DNA from: Alphaproteobacteria bacterium
GTDB taxonomy: Bacteria; Pseudomonadota; Alphaproteobacteria; SP197
Direction: 5' to 3'
Assembly (NCBI GenBank): GCA_965228895.1
Contig: OZ245842.1
Coordinates: 2,903,964 to 2,967,963 of the forward strand
Length of the DNA stretch: 64,000 nucleotides
Position 1 is the first letter of the stretch, and every line of letters begins with the position of its first letter. A program made the translations under genes and the position numbers. The notes beneath the pieces are model-generated. The model searched no databases. It was not told the origin of the DNA and saw nothing but the letters and a program-made list of their open reading frames with translations. Shown one piece after another: positions 56,713 through 64,000 of the stretch.

Positions 56713-57972
56713 ATGCATATCGACATTGTCGACGATTACGAGAGTTTTCTTGCGCTGAAGGATGACTGGGAGTCCGTCTATGCGGATGATCCCGAAGCAC
56801 ATTTTTTCCTGTCGTGGACATGGATGACCAAGTGGCTGGATTCGGCGATTTCCGAGTGGGAGATTGTGGTTGCCCGTGACGACGAAAACGGTGGGCGGTG
56901 CGTCGCCGTTCTTCCACTGCGGATCAGGGCCTTTCCGGCAAAGAACGGCACGCTCTATACCGAAATCTGGATGGCGGCCCAAGGCGTCGCCGACTATGTC
57001 GGTTTCTTGTGCCGCCCGGGTGCGGAAGAAAGCGCCCTTCCGGCCATGGCCGACTATATCAAGACGCTCAAGTGGAACGGCTTGAACCTGCGTTGTTTCG
57101 ATGCGTCGGAAACGCGCGCCAAATTATGGACGGACGCGTTTCCGCGCTCTGACTTCAAGCTGAAGCGCGTGACGTCGACCGACAACGAAGAAGGCTACGA
57201 CAATTCCGTTTGCCCCTACGTGACATTGCCGGATGACTGGGACACCTATCTCGACACCCAGGTCAGCACCAACACGCGCCAGAAGATCCGGCGTTTCCTG
57301 AGAAAAGTCGAGAACAGCGACGAGTACAGCATCACCGTGACGAGTCCTGAGACGTTGGAGCGGGACTATGCGGTGCTGAACAAGCTGTGGGAAGACAAGT
57401 GGGGTCAGTCAAAGGGCGAAATGGTAACGCAGATCTTCTACAGGATCCGCCGGACCATGCTGACCCACTGCCTGGAGCACGACGCGCTGTTCATGCCGAT
57501 TCTCTGGCACAACGACAAACCGGTCGGCGCCCTGGGCTCGATCGTCGATCCGGTCAAGAAGTCGATGCTGTTTTTGATCGCAGGCCGTGACGTGAAAGCC
57601 AAGGGTCCGCCAAGCGGCCTGGTCTTGCATGCCTACAGCATACGCCATGCCATCCAGCGCGGCCTCAAGACTTATGATTTCCTTCGCGGCAACGAGCCCT
57701 ACAAGTACTCCTTCGGCTCCCAGGAACGGCGGATCAAGTATCTGATGGTCGAACGCAAGATCGCCAGCAAACAGCTGGACCCGCGTTGCGTAGGTTCTGC
57801 CATAGAGATGACGAAGCGAATGCAGGCATCCGGCAGGCTGACCGAGGCCGAACGCGGTTATCGCCAAATTCTCAAGATCCAGCCCGAGAATGAAACCGCC
57901 CAACAACATCTCGATCAAGTCGTGGCGGCGAAAAGCCGTTCCAAGGCCGCCAACAAGAGATTGAACGCTTAA
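56713..57972 (+). CDS. CelD/BioF2-like (FemAB-type GNAT fold) acyltransferase-family protein
   Basis: C-terminal YDFLRGNEPYKYSFG motif typical of CelD-like/Acetyltransf_6 proteins. TPR-like tail. GC lower than flanks. Confidence 0.65.
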   Translation: MHIDIVDDYESFLALKDDWESVYADDPEAHFFLSWTWMTKWLDSAISEWEIVVARDDENGGRCVAVLPLRIRAFPAKNGTLYTEIWMAAQGVADYVGFLCRPGAEESALPAMADYIKTLKWNGLNLRCFDASETRAKLWTDAFPRSDFKLKRVTSTDNEEGYDNSVCPYVTLPDDWDTYLDTQVSTNTRQKIRRFLRKVENSDEYSITVTSPETLERDYAVLNKLWEDKWGQSKGEMVTQIFYRIRRTMLTHCLEHDALFMPILWHNDKPVGALGSIVDPVKKSMLFLIAGRDVKAKGPPSGLVLHAYSIRHAIQRGLKTYDFLRGNEPYKYSFGSQERRIKYLMVERKIASKQLDPRCVGSAIEMTKRMQASGRLTEAERGYRQILKIQPENETAQQHLDQVVAAKSRSKAANKRLNA

Positions 57973-57986
57973 GGCGTCTGCAGAGA

Positions 57987-58553
57987 TTGACAAAAACTCT
58001 CCGTCAATCCGCAAGATTTGTAAGCGGTCCGATGGCGATTGCCGTGCTGCTGATGACAGCATGCGCGTTACCATCACACGAGAGCAACGCGTCTGAAGAC
58101 AAGATCGCCGACTTGATCGAGGCGCGGCTGGCGCTCATGAAAGACGTTGCGGCTTACAAGTTCCTCAACGACATTGCAATCGAGGACAAGGAACGCGAGG
58201 CGGTGGTTCTAAGCCGTGCCGTCGATCAGGCAGAGGCGGCCGGTTTGGATGGTGCGTCCGTCGCGCCCTTTTTCACCGCCCAGATCGATGCCGCAAAGGT
58301 CATTCAGCAATGCTGGTTCGTACGCTGGCGGCAGGACGAAGCGGACATTCCCGAGGGTACGCCCGACCTGCAGAACGACATTAGGCCCCGTTTGATCGAC
58401 ATCGGCAACGACCTCGTGACCGCGATCGCCGACTTGGCGGCCGAAGGTGCCCATCTCGACCGCGTGTCGGCGCCGCGTCTCGAATGCCTACCGAATGACA
58501 AGGCCGAGGCGATCACGACGAGCCTGTCCGGAGTTTTCGCAGCGACGGACTAA
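57987..58553 (+). CDS. Secreted (lipoprotein) chorismate mutase, AroQ class
   Basis: Lipobox LMTAC. CM-2-like helices (IEARLALMKDVAAYKF...IEDKEREAVVL...). The true start may be ATG 58032. Confidence 0.6.
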   Translation: MTKTLRQSARFVSGPMAIAVLLMTACALPSHESNASEDKIADLIEARLALMKDVAAYKFLNDIAIEDKEREAVVLSRAVDQAEAAGLDGASVAPFFTAQIDAAKVIQQCWFVRWRQDEADIPEGTPDLQNDIRPRLIDIGNDLVTAIADLAAEGAHLDRVSAPRLECLPNDKAEAITTSLSGVFAATD

Positions 58554-58581
58554 CCCGCACCAGTGACGTTTTCGCCAAGCA

Positions 58582-59373
58582 TCAGAAGAATTCGTCGACG
58601 AGCCGATAGTACGCCAAGCGTTCGTGATCCGGTGCAGTAACACCGTAGCGGTCGAGAAACGGTTGGACCCACGACGCGCCCAACCTCGAGGCTATGTTAC
58701 GGCAGGCGATGGCCAGATCCTGGTACCGGTCGGCGCGCCCCAACCGGCCGCAATCGACAAAGCCGGCAAACCTCTCGTCCTGCATCATGACATTCGGCAG
58801 GCACGCGTCGCCATGCGTCACGACGATATCCTCCATAACCGGTCTGTCCGCCAGCGCGATCGCGAGTAGATCTCGTGCGGTGTGACCAATGTGCATGTCA
58901 TCAAAGGCTGTCTCATCAACCAACCCCTGCTCGACGTTGACGCGCGCGCGCTCGAGTTTGAGGTCGAGCGACTCGTCGAAGGGACAGGAGCTGGGATCGA
59001 GTGCATGAACTTGGCGCAGGCCAACTGCCATCGCGGCAACAATGGTGTCGGCTGGCGCCTGCACAGCCAAAGCATTGGCTCCCTTGACGACCGTCATCAC
59101 CAGCCACTCGCGATCACCTTCAGCCATGAACAAGACCCGCTCCGGACCGGCGACGGACGTCTGCACGAGCCAGTCGAGCCTGTCGGCCTCGTCAGCCAGA
59201 CTCTCGACGTGACCCGCCTTCTGGATTTTGACAATCAGAGGTGGCCTGGCATCGGCCGTCAGCCGGTAGACAGATGACGGCGACTGGCTGTCCACTTCAC
59301 CTCGCCACACATAGCCCTCAACGAGGTCGTCGAGCGGCTGCGGCAACGGAGTGTCCGGCGTCAACGGCACCAC
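58582..59373 (-). CDS. Aminoglycoside 3-prime-phosphotransferase, APH(3')-II-like
   Basis: C-terminal region [13 protein letters not shown]...[24 protein letters not shown]...YYRLVDEFF closely follows the APH(3')-IIa (NPTII) pattern [35 protein letters not shown]...FYRLLDEFF. Confidence 0.85.
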   Translation of the reverse strand: MVPLTPDTPLPQPLDDLVEGYVWRGEVDSQSPSSVYRLTADARPPLIVKIQKAGHVESLADEADRLDWLVQTSVAGPERVLFMAEGDREWLVMTVVKGANALAVQAPADTIVAAMAVGLRQVHALDPSSCPFDESLDLKLERARVNVEQGLVDETAFDDMHIGHTARDLLAIALADRPVMEDIVVTHGDACLPNVMMQDERFAGFVDCGRLGRADRYQDLAIACRNIASRLGASWVQPFLDRYGVTAPDHERLAYYRLVDEFF

Positions 59374-59512
59374 GGCATGAAACTCCCTCCTGGTCCCTGC
59401 GACAAAGTTTCGCCTGCTTCGGTCAGGGATTCACGCAGATTTGCCGAAGCCATCTACCCAAGTGCGAGCCGGGCGATTATGCTCCTCCGAAATGATAACA
59501 GGAGGGATCGCC

Positions 59513-60163
59513 ATGACCGATTACGACTCCGCCAAAATCGCCGCGCTGCACCGCGAGCTGCACAGCCACCTGCCCTCCGATCCCGCACTGCGGGTGAAGG
59601 TGCTGGAAAGTCTGCTGGTCGACAAAGGCATGATCGACCGCAAGACCATCGACTCCTGGGTCGAGGTCTATGCCGAAGACATCGGGCCCAAGCGCGGCGC
59701 CCATGTGGTGGCCAAGGCCTGGACCGACGCGGCGTTCAAGGAGCGGTTGATGGCCGATGCCCCGTCGGCGATCGAGGAGCTTGGTTATCTGGGCGTGGCG
59801 ACCGGTCATCTGCATGTCGTCGAGAACACCGACGACGTCCACAACCTCGTCGTCTGCACGCTGTGCTCGTGTTACCCCTTCTCGGTGCTGGGTATCGCGC
59901 CCAACTGGTACAAGACGGCGGCCTATCGTTCGCGCGTGGTGCGCGATCCGCGCGGCGTGCTCGAAGAGTTCGGTGTCGACATCTCCAACGACGTCGAGGT
60001 ACGCGTCTGGGACAGCACCGCGGAGCTGCGCTATCTCGTTTTGCCGCAGCGCCCGTCCGGCACCGACGACATGGACGAGGCCGCGTTGGGCGCCCTGGTC
60101 AGCCGTAACTCCATGATCGGCACCGACCGTGATCTCTCCAAGTACATCAACGGAGCGGGCTGA
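59513..60163 (+). CDS. nthA: Nitrile hydratase alpha subunit (cobalt-type metal-binding motif)
   Basis: ATG 59513 preceded by AGGAGGGA. Metal centre motif VCTLCSCYP (the T/Y variant is characteristic of Co-type). Confidence 0.9.
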   Translation: MTDYDSAKIAALHRELHSHLPSDPALRVKVLESLLVDKGMIDRKTIDSWVEVYAEDIGPKRGAHVVAKAWTDAAFKERLMADAPSAIEELGYLGVATGHLHVVENTDDVHNLVVCTLCSCYPFSVLGIAPNWYKTAAYRSRVVRDPRGVLEEFGVDISNDVEVRVWDSTAELRYLVLPQRPSGTDDMDEAALGALVSRNSMIGTDRDLSKYINGAG

Positions 60164-60819
60164 TGGACGGCATCCATGATCTCGGCGGCAAGCAGGGCTA
60201 TGGCCCGGTCGATGTCGACGAGGAGGACGTACCGTTCCACGCGCCGTGGGAGGCACGCATGTGGGCGATCTCGCGCAACCGTGGCGCGCCCGGCTGCACC
60301 ATCGACTGGTGGCGCCATGTGCGCGAGCTGATCGACCCGGCGGACTATCTGACCCGCGCCTACTTCGACCAGTGGATCCAGACCGAACTCGCCGTTCACA
60401 TCGATGCCGGCGTGTTCACGCTGGACGAGGTGATCGCGGGCCGTTCATCGACGGCACCGGTGCCCGAAGGACCGGGCATCGACCGCGCCGGCGCGCTGGA
60501 TGCCGACCGCGCTCTGGCGACGCGGTTTGATCGCGACGTCAACGAAGCGCCGGCCTTTCAACCGGGCGATCAGGTCAAGACCGCGAGGTTCGGTCATAGC
60601 CATCATACGCGGCTGCCGGAATACGCCCGCGACCGCGAGGGCGAGATCCTGGCCCATCGCGGCGCCCACCTGTTTCCCGATGCCGGTGCGCGCGGCAAAC
60701 ACGAGCCGCAGCATCTCTATACGGTCGGCTTCGATGGCGCGGAGCTGTGGCCGGAATCCGGAGGCCGCCGCGACCGCGTCTACCTCGACCTGTGGGAGCG
60801 TTACCTTGAACCGGCCTGA
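60163..60819 (+). CDS. nthB: Nitrile hydratase beta subunit
   Basis: Signature N-terminus MDGIHDLGG. Its start overlaps the alpha stop (TGATG). Confidence 0.9.
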   Translation: MDGIHDLGGKQGYGPVDVDEEDVPFHAPWEARMWAISRNRGAPGCTIDWWRHVRELIDPADYLTRAYFDQWIQTELAVHIDAGVFTLDEVIAGRSSTAPVPEGPGIDRAGALDADRALATRFDRDVNEAPAFQPGDQVKTARFGHSHHTRLPEYARDREGEILAHRGAHLFPDAGARGKHEPQHLYTVGFDGAELWPESGGRRDRVYLDLWERYLEPA

Positions 60820-61162
60820 GGGTGACGCCCTGAAACCGCTGGCCCGGCTCGACGGCGATCCCGTCTTCGACGAGCCGTGGCAGGCGGAGGTTCTGGCACT
60901 GGCCGACCGGCTTTCGACAGCCGGCGTGTTCACCCGCGAGCTGTGGTCCGAGACATTGGGCGATGAACTCGTGCGCGCCGAGCAAGACGGCAAACCCGAC
61001 GATGTCACGACCTACTACGAAGCCGCACTCAAGACACTCGAACGGCTTCTGGAGGACGGAGGTCACGTGACGCCATCGGCACGCGCCGAGCGGCGCACAG
61101 CCTGGGAAGACGCCTATCGCTCAACGCCCCATGGCAAGCCGGTGCTGCTGCAGAGCCGCTGA
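60806..61162 (+). CDS. Nitrile hydratase accessory (activator/metallochaperone-like) protein
   Basis: Conserved ...DGDPVFDEPWQAEVLALA... block. There is no in-frame ATG downstream of the beta stop, so a TTG start at 60806 overlapping the beta gene is inferred. Confidence 0.6.
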   Translation: MNRPEGDALKPLARLDGDPVFDEPWQAEVLALADRLSTAGVFTRELWSETLGDELVRAEQDGKPDDVTTYYEAALKTLERLLEDGGHVTPSARAERRTAWEDAYRSTPHGKPVLLQSR

Positions 61163-61208
61163 ATCCCGCCGATTCCCCATCCCTGGGGTTCTCGATTAAA
61201 CTGGACCC

Positions 61209-61886
61209 ATGTCGCCTGAAGCCGCAGCCGCGTTGCGCGGCCGAATCGAAAGCGACGGCGAGACATTCTATGAGGAACTCGCCAGTGCGCTGATCCATGG
61301 CATTGGCGCCGTGCTGGCGGCGGCGGGCCTGGCGCTCCTGGTCGTACTGGCGTCGATGACCGGCAGCGCGACGGCGATTGTCACCTGCGCAATCTACGGG
61401 TCGGCCGTCTTTTTGACCCTGCTTGCCTCGGCGCTCTATCACGGTGTATGGCATCAAACGACCAAGGCCGTGTTCCTGGCACTCGACCACTGCGCGATCT
61501 TTGTCTTGATCGCGGGCACCTATACGCCGATCGCCCTGCTGGTGCTGCCGCCGGGATTGGGCTGGACGCTGTTCGGTTTGATTTGGGGCCTCGCCATCCT
61601 GGGCATTGCGATCAGGCTGTGGCTCGGCCATCTGCACTGGATCCTGATTCCCGTCTTCGTCGCCATGGGCTGGCTGGGGTTTGCCTGGGGCGGTGCGTTG
61701 TTCGCGGCACTTGGCCCCGCCGGTGGCTGGCTGCTGATCGCCGGCGGGATTTGTTACACGGGCGGCCTCGTCTTCTACCTGTGGCGCGGCCTGCCGTTCA
61801 ACCACGCGATCTGGCACTTCTTCGTGCTTGCCGGCGTCGTCTGCCACTTCCTGGTCGTCGCGCTCTACGCGCTGCCGCAAACCTAG
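61209..61886 (+). CDS. Hemolysin III/PAQR-family membrane protein
   Basis: Seven TM helices with family His motifs (HGIGAVL..., LDHCAIFVLIAGTYTP, HAIWHFFV). Confidence 0.85.
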   Translation: MSPEAAAALRGRIESDGETFYEELASALIHGIGAVLAAAGLALLVVLASMTGSATAIVTCAIYGSAVFLTLLASALYHGVWHQTTKAVFLALDHCAIFVLIAGTYTPIALLVLPPGLGWTLFGLIWGLAILGIAIRLWLGHLHWILIPVFVAMGWLGFAWGGALFAALGPAGGWLLIAGGICYTGGLVFYLWRGLPFNHAIWHFFVLAGVVCHFLVVALYALPQT

Positions 61887-62806
61887 ATCAGAACACCTTT
61901 GCTGACGGCAACGCAGGTCCCGCGAATGGTCGGCGCCTGCACCTGACCATCTTCTGCCGGCACCGTCACCGTGATCTGACTGGGCCGTCCCATTTCGACG
62001 CCCTGCTCGATGTGTACGGTGGTCGAGGCCTTGGGCACAGTGCGGCTCGCCGCGAGCAGCGAGGCCAGCGCGCCCGATGCGCTGCCGGTCGCCGGGTCTT
62101 CCGGGGGATGGCCGAGCGGCGAGAGAACACGCGAGCGCACGCGAAACGCCTCATCGTCGTCGCTGAGCACCACAAACGCACAGAGCGCGAAGTCGTCGAC
62201 CGTGTTGACCTCCAATGCAGCTGCCTCGGCGAAAGCACCACTATCCGGCCTCAGATTTTCAAGGTCGTCCAAGCTCGCGAGTTCCGCGAACGCAAACTCC
62301 AATCCGACCGATGCCACAGTCGGCGCAAAGCGGTTTGTGACGATTGCGGTCTCAGGAAGGCTGAGGCATCGCGCCACGCGCCCGGTATCGCAGGTTCCCA
62401 GGCGATCGAGCGCCCGCGGCGCCGTGATCGCCGCGCCGACGATAGCATTCCCATCACGAACGACGTCGACAGCGACCGGCCCGCCAGCTTCGTCAAACAC
62501 CATGGTGTCGCCGATGTCGAGGTCGAGCGCGCAGCCGCCGTTGGCGAGAACAAACGCCGTGCCGACATTGGGGTGACCGGCAAACGGCACTTCGGTCAAT
62601 GGCGTGAAGATGCGGACATGGGCCGTTGTCTCGGTGTTGCGCGACGGCAGCACAAAGGTGGTCTCGGCGTAGCCGAATTCCTTTGCGATTGCCTGCATGG
62701 TCGCATCGTCAAGAGAACGCGCATCGGTGATGACCGCCAGCGGATTGCCGGCATAGCGCCGGTTGGTGAACACATCGACGGTGCAATAGGGAACGCCAGT
62801 CGTCAT
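61883..62806 (-). CDS. PhzF-family (diaminopimelate-epimerase-like fold) protein
   Basis: N-terminal VDVFTNRRYAGNPLAV and catalytic E region, typical of PhzF-like isomerases. Confidence 0.8.
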   Translation of the reverse strand: MTTGVPYCTVDVFTNRRYAGNPLAVITDARSLDDATMQAIAKEFGYAETTFVLPSRNTETTAHVRIFTPLTEVPFAGHPNVGTAFVLANGGCALDLDIGDTMVFDEAGGPVAVDVVRDGNAIVGAAITAPRALDRLGTCDTGRVARCLSLPETAIVTNRFAPTVASVGLEFAFAELASLDDLENLRPDSGAFAEAAALEVNTVDDFALCAFVVLSDDDEAFRVRSRVLSPLGHPPEDPATGSASGALASLLAASRTVPKASTTVHIEQGVEMGRPSQITVTVPAEDGQVQAPTIRGTCVAVSKGVLI

Positions 62807-62914
62807 CACGCACACCTCCGGGCATCACGTCCACGTCACGGATGTGGTGACATCACCGACCTGGAACGGCAATCAAAGTATTGTCGTGGTGACAATCCTT
62901 ATGTGCGCGGCAAC

Positions 62915-64000
62915 TCAGGATGTTGTTGCCGTGATCTTTCCTTGCCGCCGGCGCTGTTCGCCGGGAGTCGGCGCGAGCAAACGCATGACAGCTTCCAGCG
63001 GCCCGTTGGCAAAGACCAGAAGCCAAAGATGGGCGCCCACCACACACACGGCAAACAGAGCGATCGCCCAATAGAATCCGTCGGCGGCATCGCAGTGAAG
63101 GCCGCGCGAACAGACCGCGTCGAACCAGGCGGTCAGGACGACACCGTGAATGACATAGAGCGTCAACGCCATGCGCCCGGCGCTCGCCAGGGCGCGCAAC
63201 GGGAGGCTCCTGCCAAAACGCAGGCCCAATTCAAGACAGGCGATGATGACGGCGACGGCCGTGCCCGATGCGGCGATAATGTAGAGCGGACCCGGTGGCC
63301 AGCCGTCCAGGGCAATCAGTATTTGGCCGGGGTCGCGATAGGTGTCGCCGCCCGGATAGACCTGACCCAGGCCATTGAAGATCAGCGCGACGGCGACGCC
63401 GCCGAGGAACAGGTGCAGGCGCGTGCGGCCATCATTGAGTTGCTGTCGACCCAACCAGAGACCAACCAAGATGAACGCGAACCACGGCAGGATCGGATGC
63501 AGGCCGTTGACCAGGAGGTTGCGCAGGAAACCGCCGATGGTCCAGACGTCGACATAGCGGTCGGTTCGCCAGTCCCATCCCCAGTTGTAGTCGATATAGA
63601 AGCGCAGGAAGACCGCCGCCAGGATCACGGCGATGGCGCCGGCCGCCAACAGAGAGCGCGGCGCCGCCAGGAAGGCCAGGGACAGGGCGAAGTAGACGCC
63701 ATAGAAATGCAGGATGTCGCCGCGCCAATAGGTGAACAGGAGAACACCGACGACGAACAGGAAGACGGCGCGACGCGCGACGCAGCCGTAGAACAGGCTG
63801 CGGTCCTCAGGCGGCGTGGCGCGCATCATCAACGACAGCCCGACACCGGCCAGCACGACGAAGGTACCGGCGGCGCGGCCCAGAAGCTGCTGGTCAATGA
63901 CCACCGCCCATGCCGGACCCGTGAACCACGTCTTCATGATCCAGTTGAAATTGACGATCAGCATGCCGAGCAGCGCCAGCGCGCGGCAAATGTCCAAACC
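62915..64000 (-). CDS. DUF418/YeiB-like membrane protein, 5-prime end probably beyond window
   Basis: N-terminal LDICRALALLGMLIVN resembles the DUF418 start motif. The ORF-track start is a TTG 3 nt from the window edge, so the true start is probably outside the window. Confidence 0.55.
   Translation of the reverse strand, partial: GLDICRALALLGMLIVNFNWIMKTWFTGPAWAVVIDQQLLGRAAGTFVVLAGVGLSLMMRATPPEDRSLFYGCVARRAVFLFVVGVLLFTYWRGDILHFYGVYFALSLAFLAAPRSLLAAGAIAVILAAVFLRFYIDYNWGWDWRTDRYVDVWTIGGFLRNLLVNGLHPILPWFAFILVGLWLGRQQLNDGRTRLHLFLGGVAVALIFNGLGQVYPGGDTYRDPGQILIALDGWPPGPLYIIAASGTAVAVIIACLELGLRFGRSLPLRALASAGRMALTLYVIHGVVLTAWFDAVCSRGLHCDAADGFYWAIALFAVCVVGAHLWLLVFANGPLEAVMRLLAPTPGEQRRRQGKITATTS

Noticed and set aside
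60500-60805. Upstream extension of the nitrile hydratase accessory ORF (track start 60500)
   Set aside because: It lies wholly inside the beta-subunit gene in another frame. The accessory protein's conserved block begins after the beta stop, so a TTG start at 60806 is inferred.
1-64000. Search for CRISPR arrays, tRNA/rRNA genes and integrase/transposase genes
   Set aside because: No regularly spaced short repeats were found. No tRNA-like GTTCGA(A/G)TCC arms or rRNA segments were recognised, and no integrase or transposase-like ORF is present. The only repeat families found are the MITE pair and the 68-bp Rieske-end duplication.

Overview
This is a GC-rich (about 64%) bacterial chromosomal segment, probably alphaproteobacterial, densely packed with roughly 60 genes on both strands. 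No rRNA, tRNA or CRISPR array was recognised. The dominant theme is catabolism of N-methylated amines and betaines, built around the following genes:
- a long minus-strand operon carrying a DgcA-like OYE flavoprotein, a DgcB-like Fe-S protein, EtfA/EtfB, a creatinase-family M24 hydrolase and a dimethylglycine/sarcosine-dehydrogenase-family enzyme;
- a second DMGDH-family paralog and a second DgcA paralog;
- a GbcA-like Rieske oxygenase and a non-pyrrolysine MttB-family methyltransferase;
- three GFA-family paralogs plus a GST, plausibly for formaldehyde handling;
- an MFS ProP-like transporter.

Other modules are:
- a Dpp/Opp-type peptide ABC transporter with a proline iminopeptidase gene;
- a membrane desaturase with a divergent XRE regulator;
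- a Co-type nitrile hydratase alpha/beta/accessory cluster beside an APH(3')-II-like kinase;
- a NicO plus DUF1007 metal transporter pair;
- an orphan form-II CoxL-like molybdoenzyme subunit;
- an MT-A70 DNA methyltransferase.

The structural features most worth a second look are:
- a two-copy 137-140 bp palindromic MITE-like repeat family, in inverted orientation, bracketing about 27 kb, with one copy inside the promoter of the dgc-etf operon;
- a 1.4 kb low-GC insertion downstream of the Rieske gene, flanked by 68 bp imperfect direct repeats that duplicate the gene's own 3-prime end;
- a diverged relic of a creatinase-family 3-prime end downstream of the DMGDH gene;
- several low-GC, likely horizontally acquired genes (the TPR-GT41 OGT-like gene, a lipoprotein, a CelD-like acyltransferase);
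- a nine-gene minus-strand operon (46044-54746) that combines an HpbD-like enolase-superfamily epimerase, a DgcA paralog and a DAO-family oxidase with two GNATs and a condensation-domain acyltransferase. It looks like an uncharacterised variant of a betaine or N-methyl amino acid pathway.
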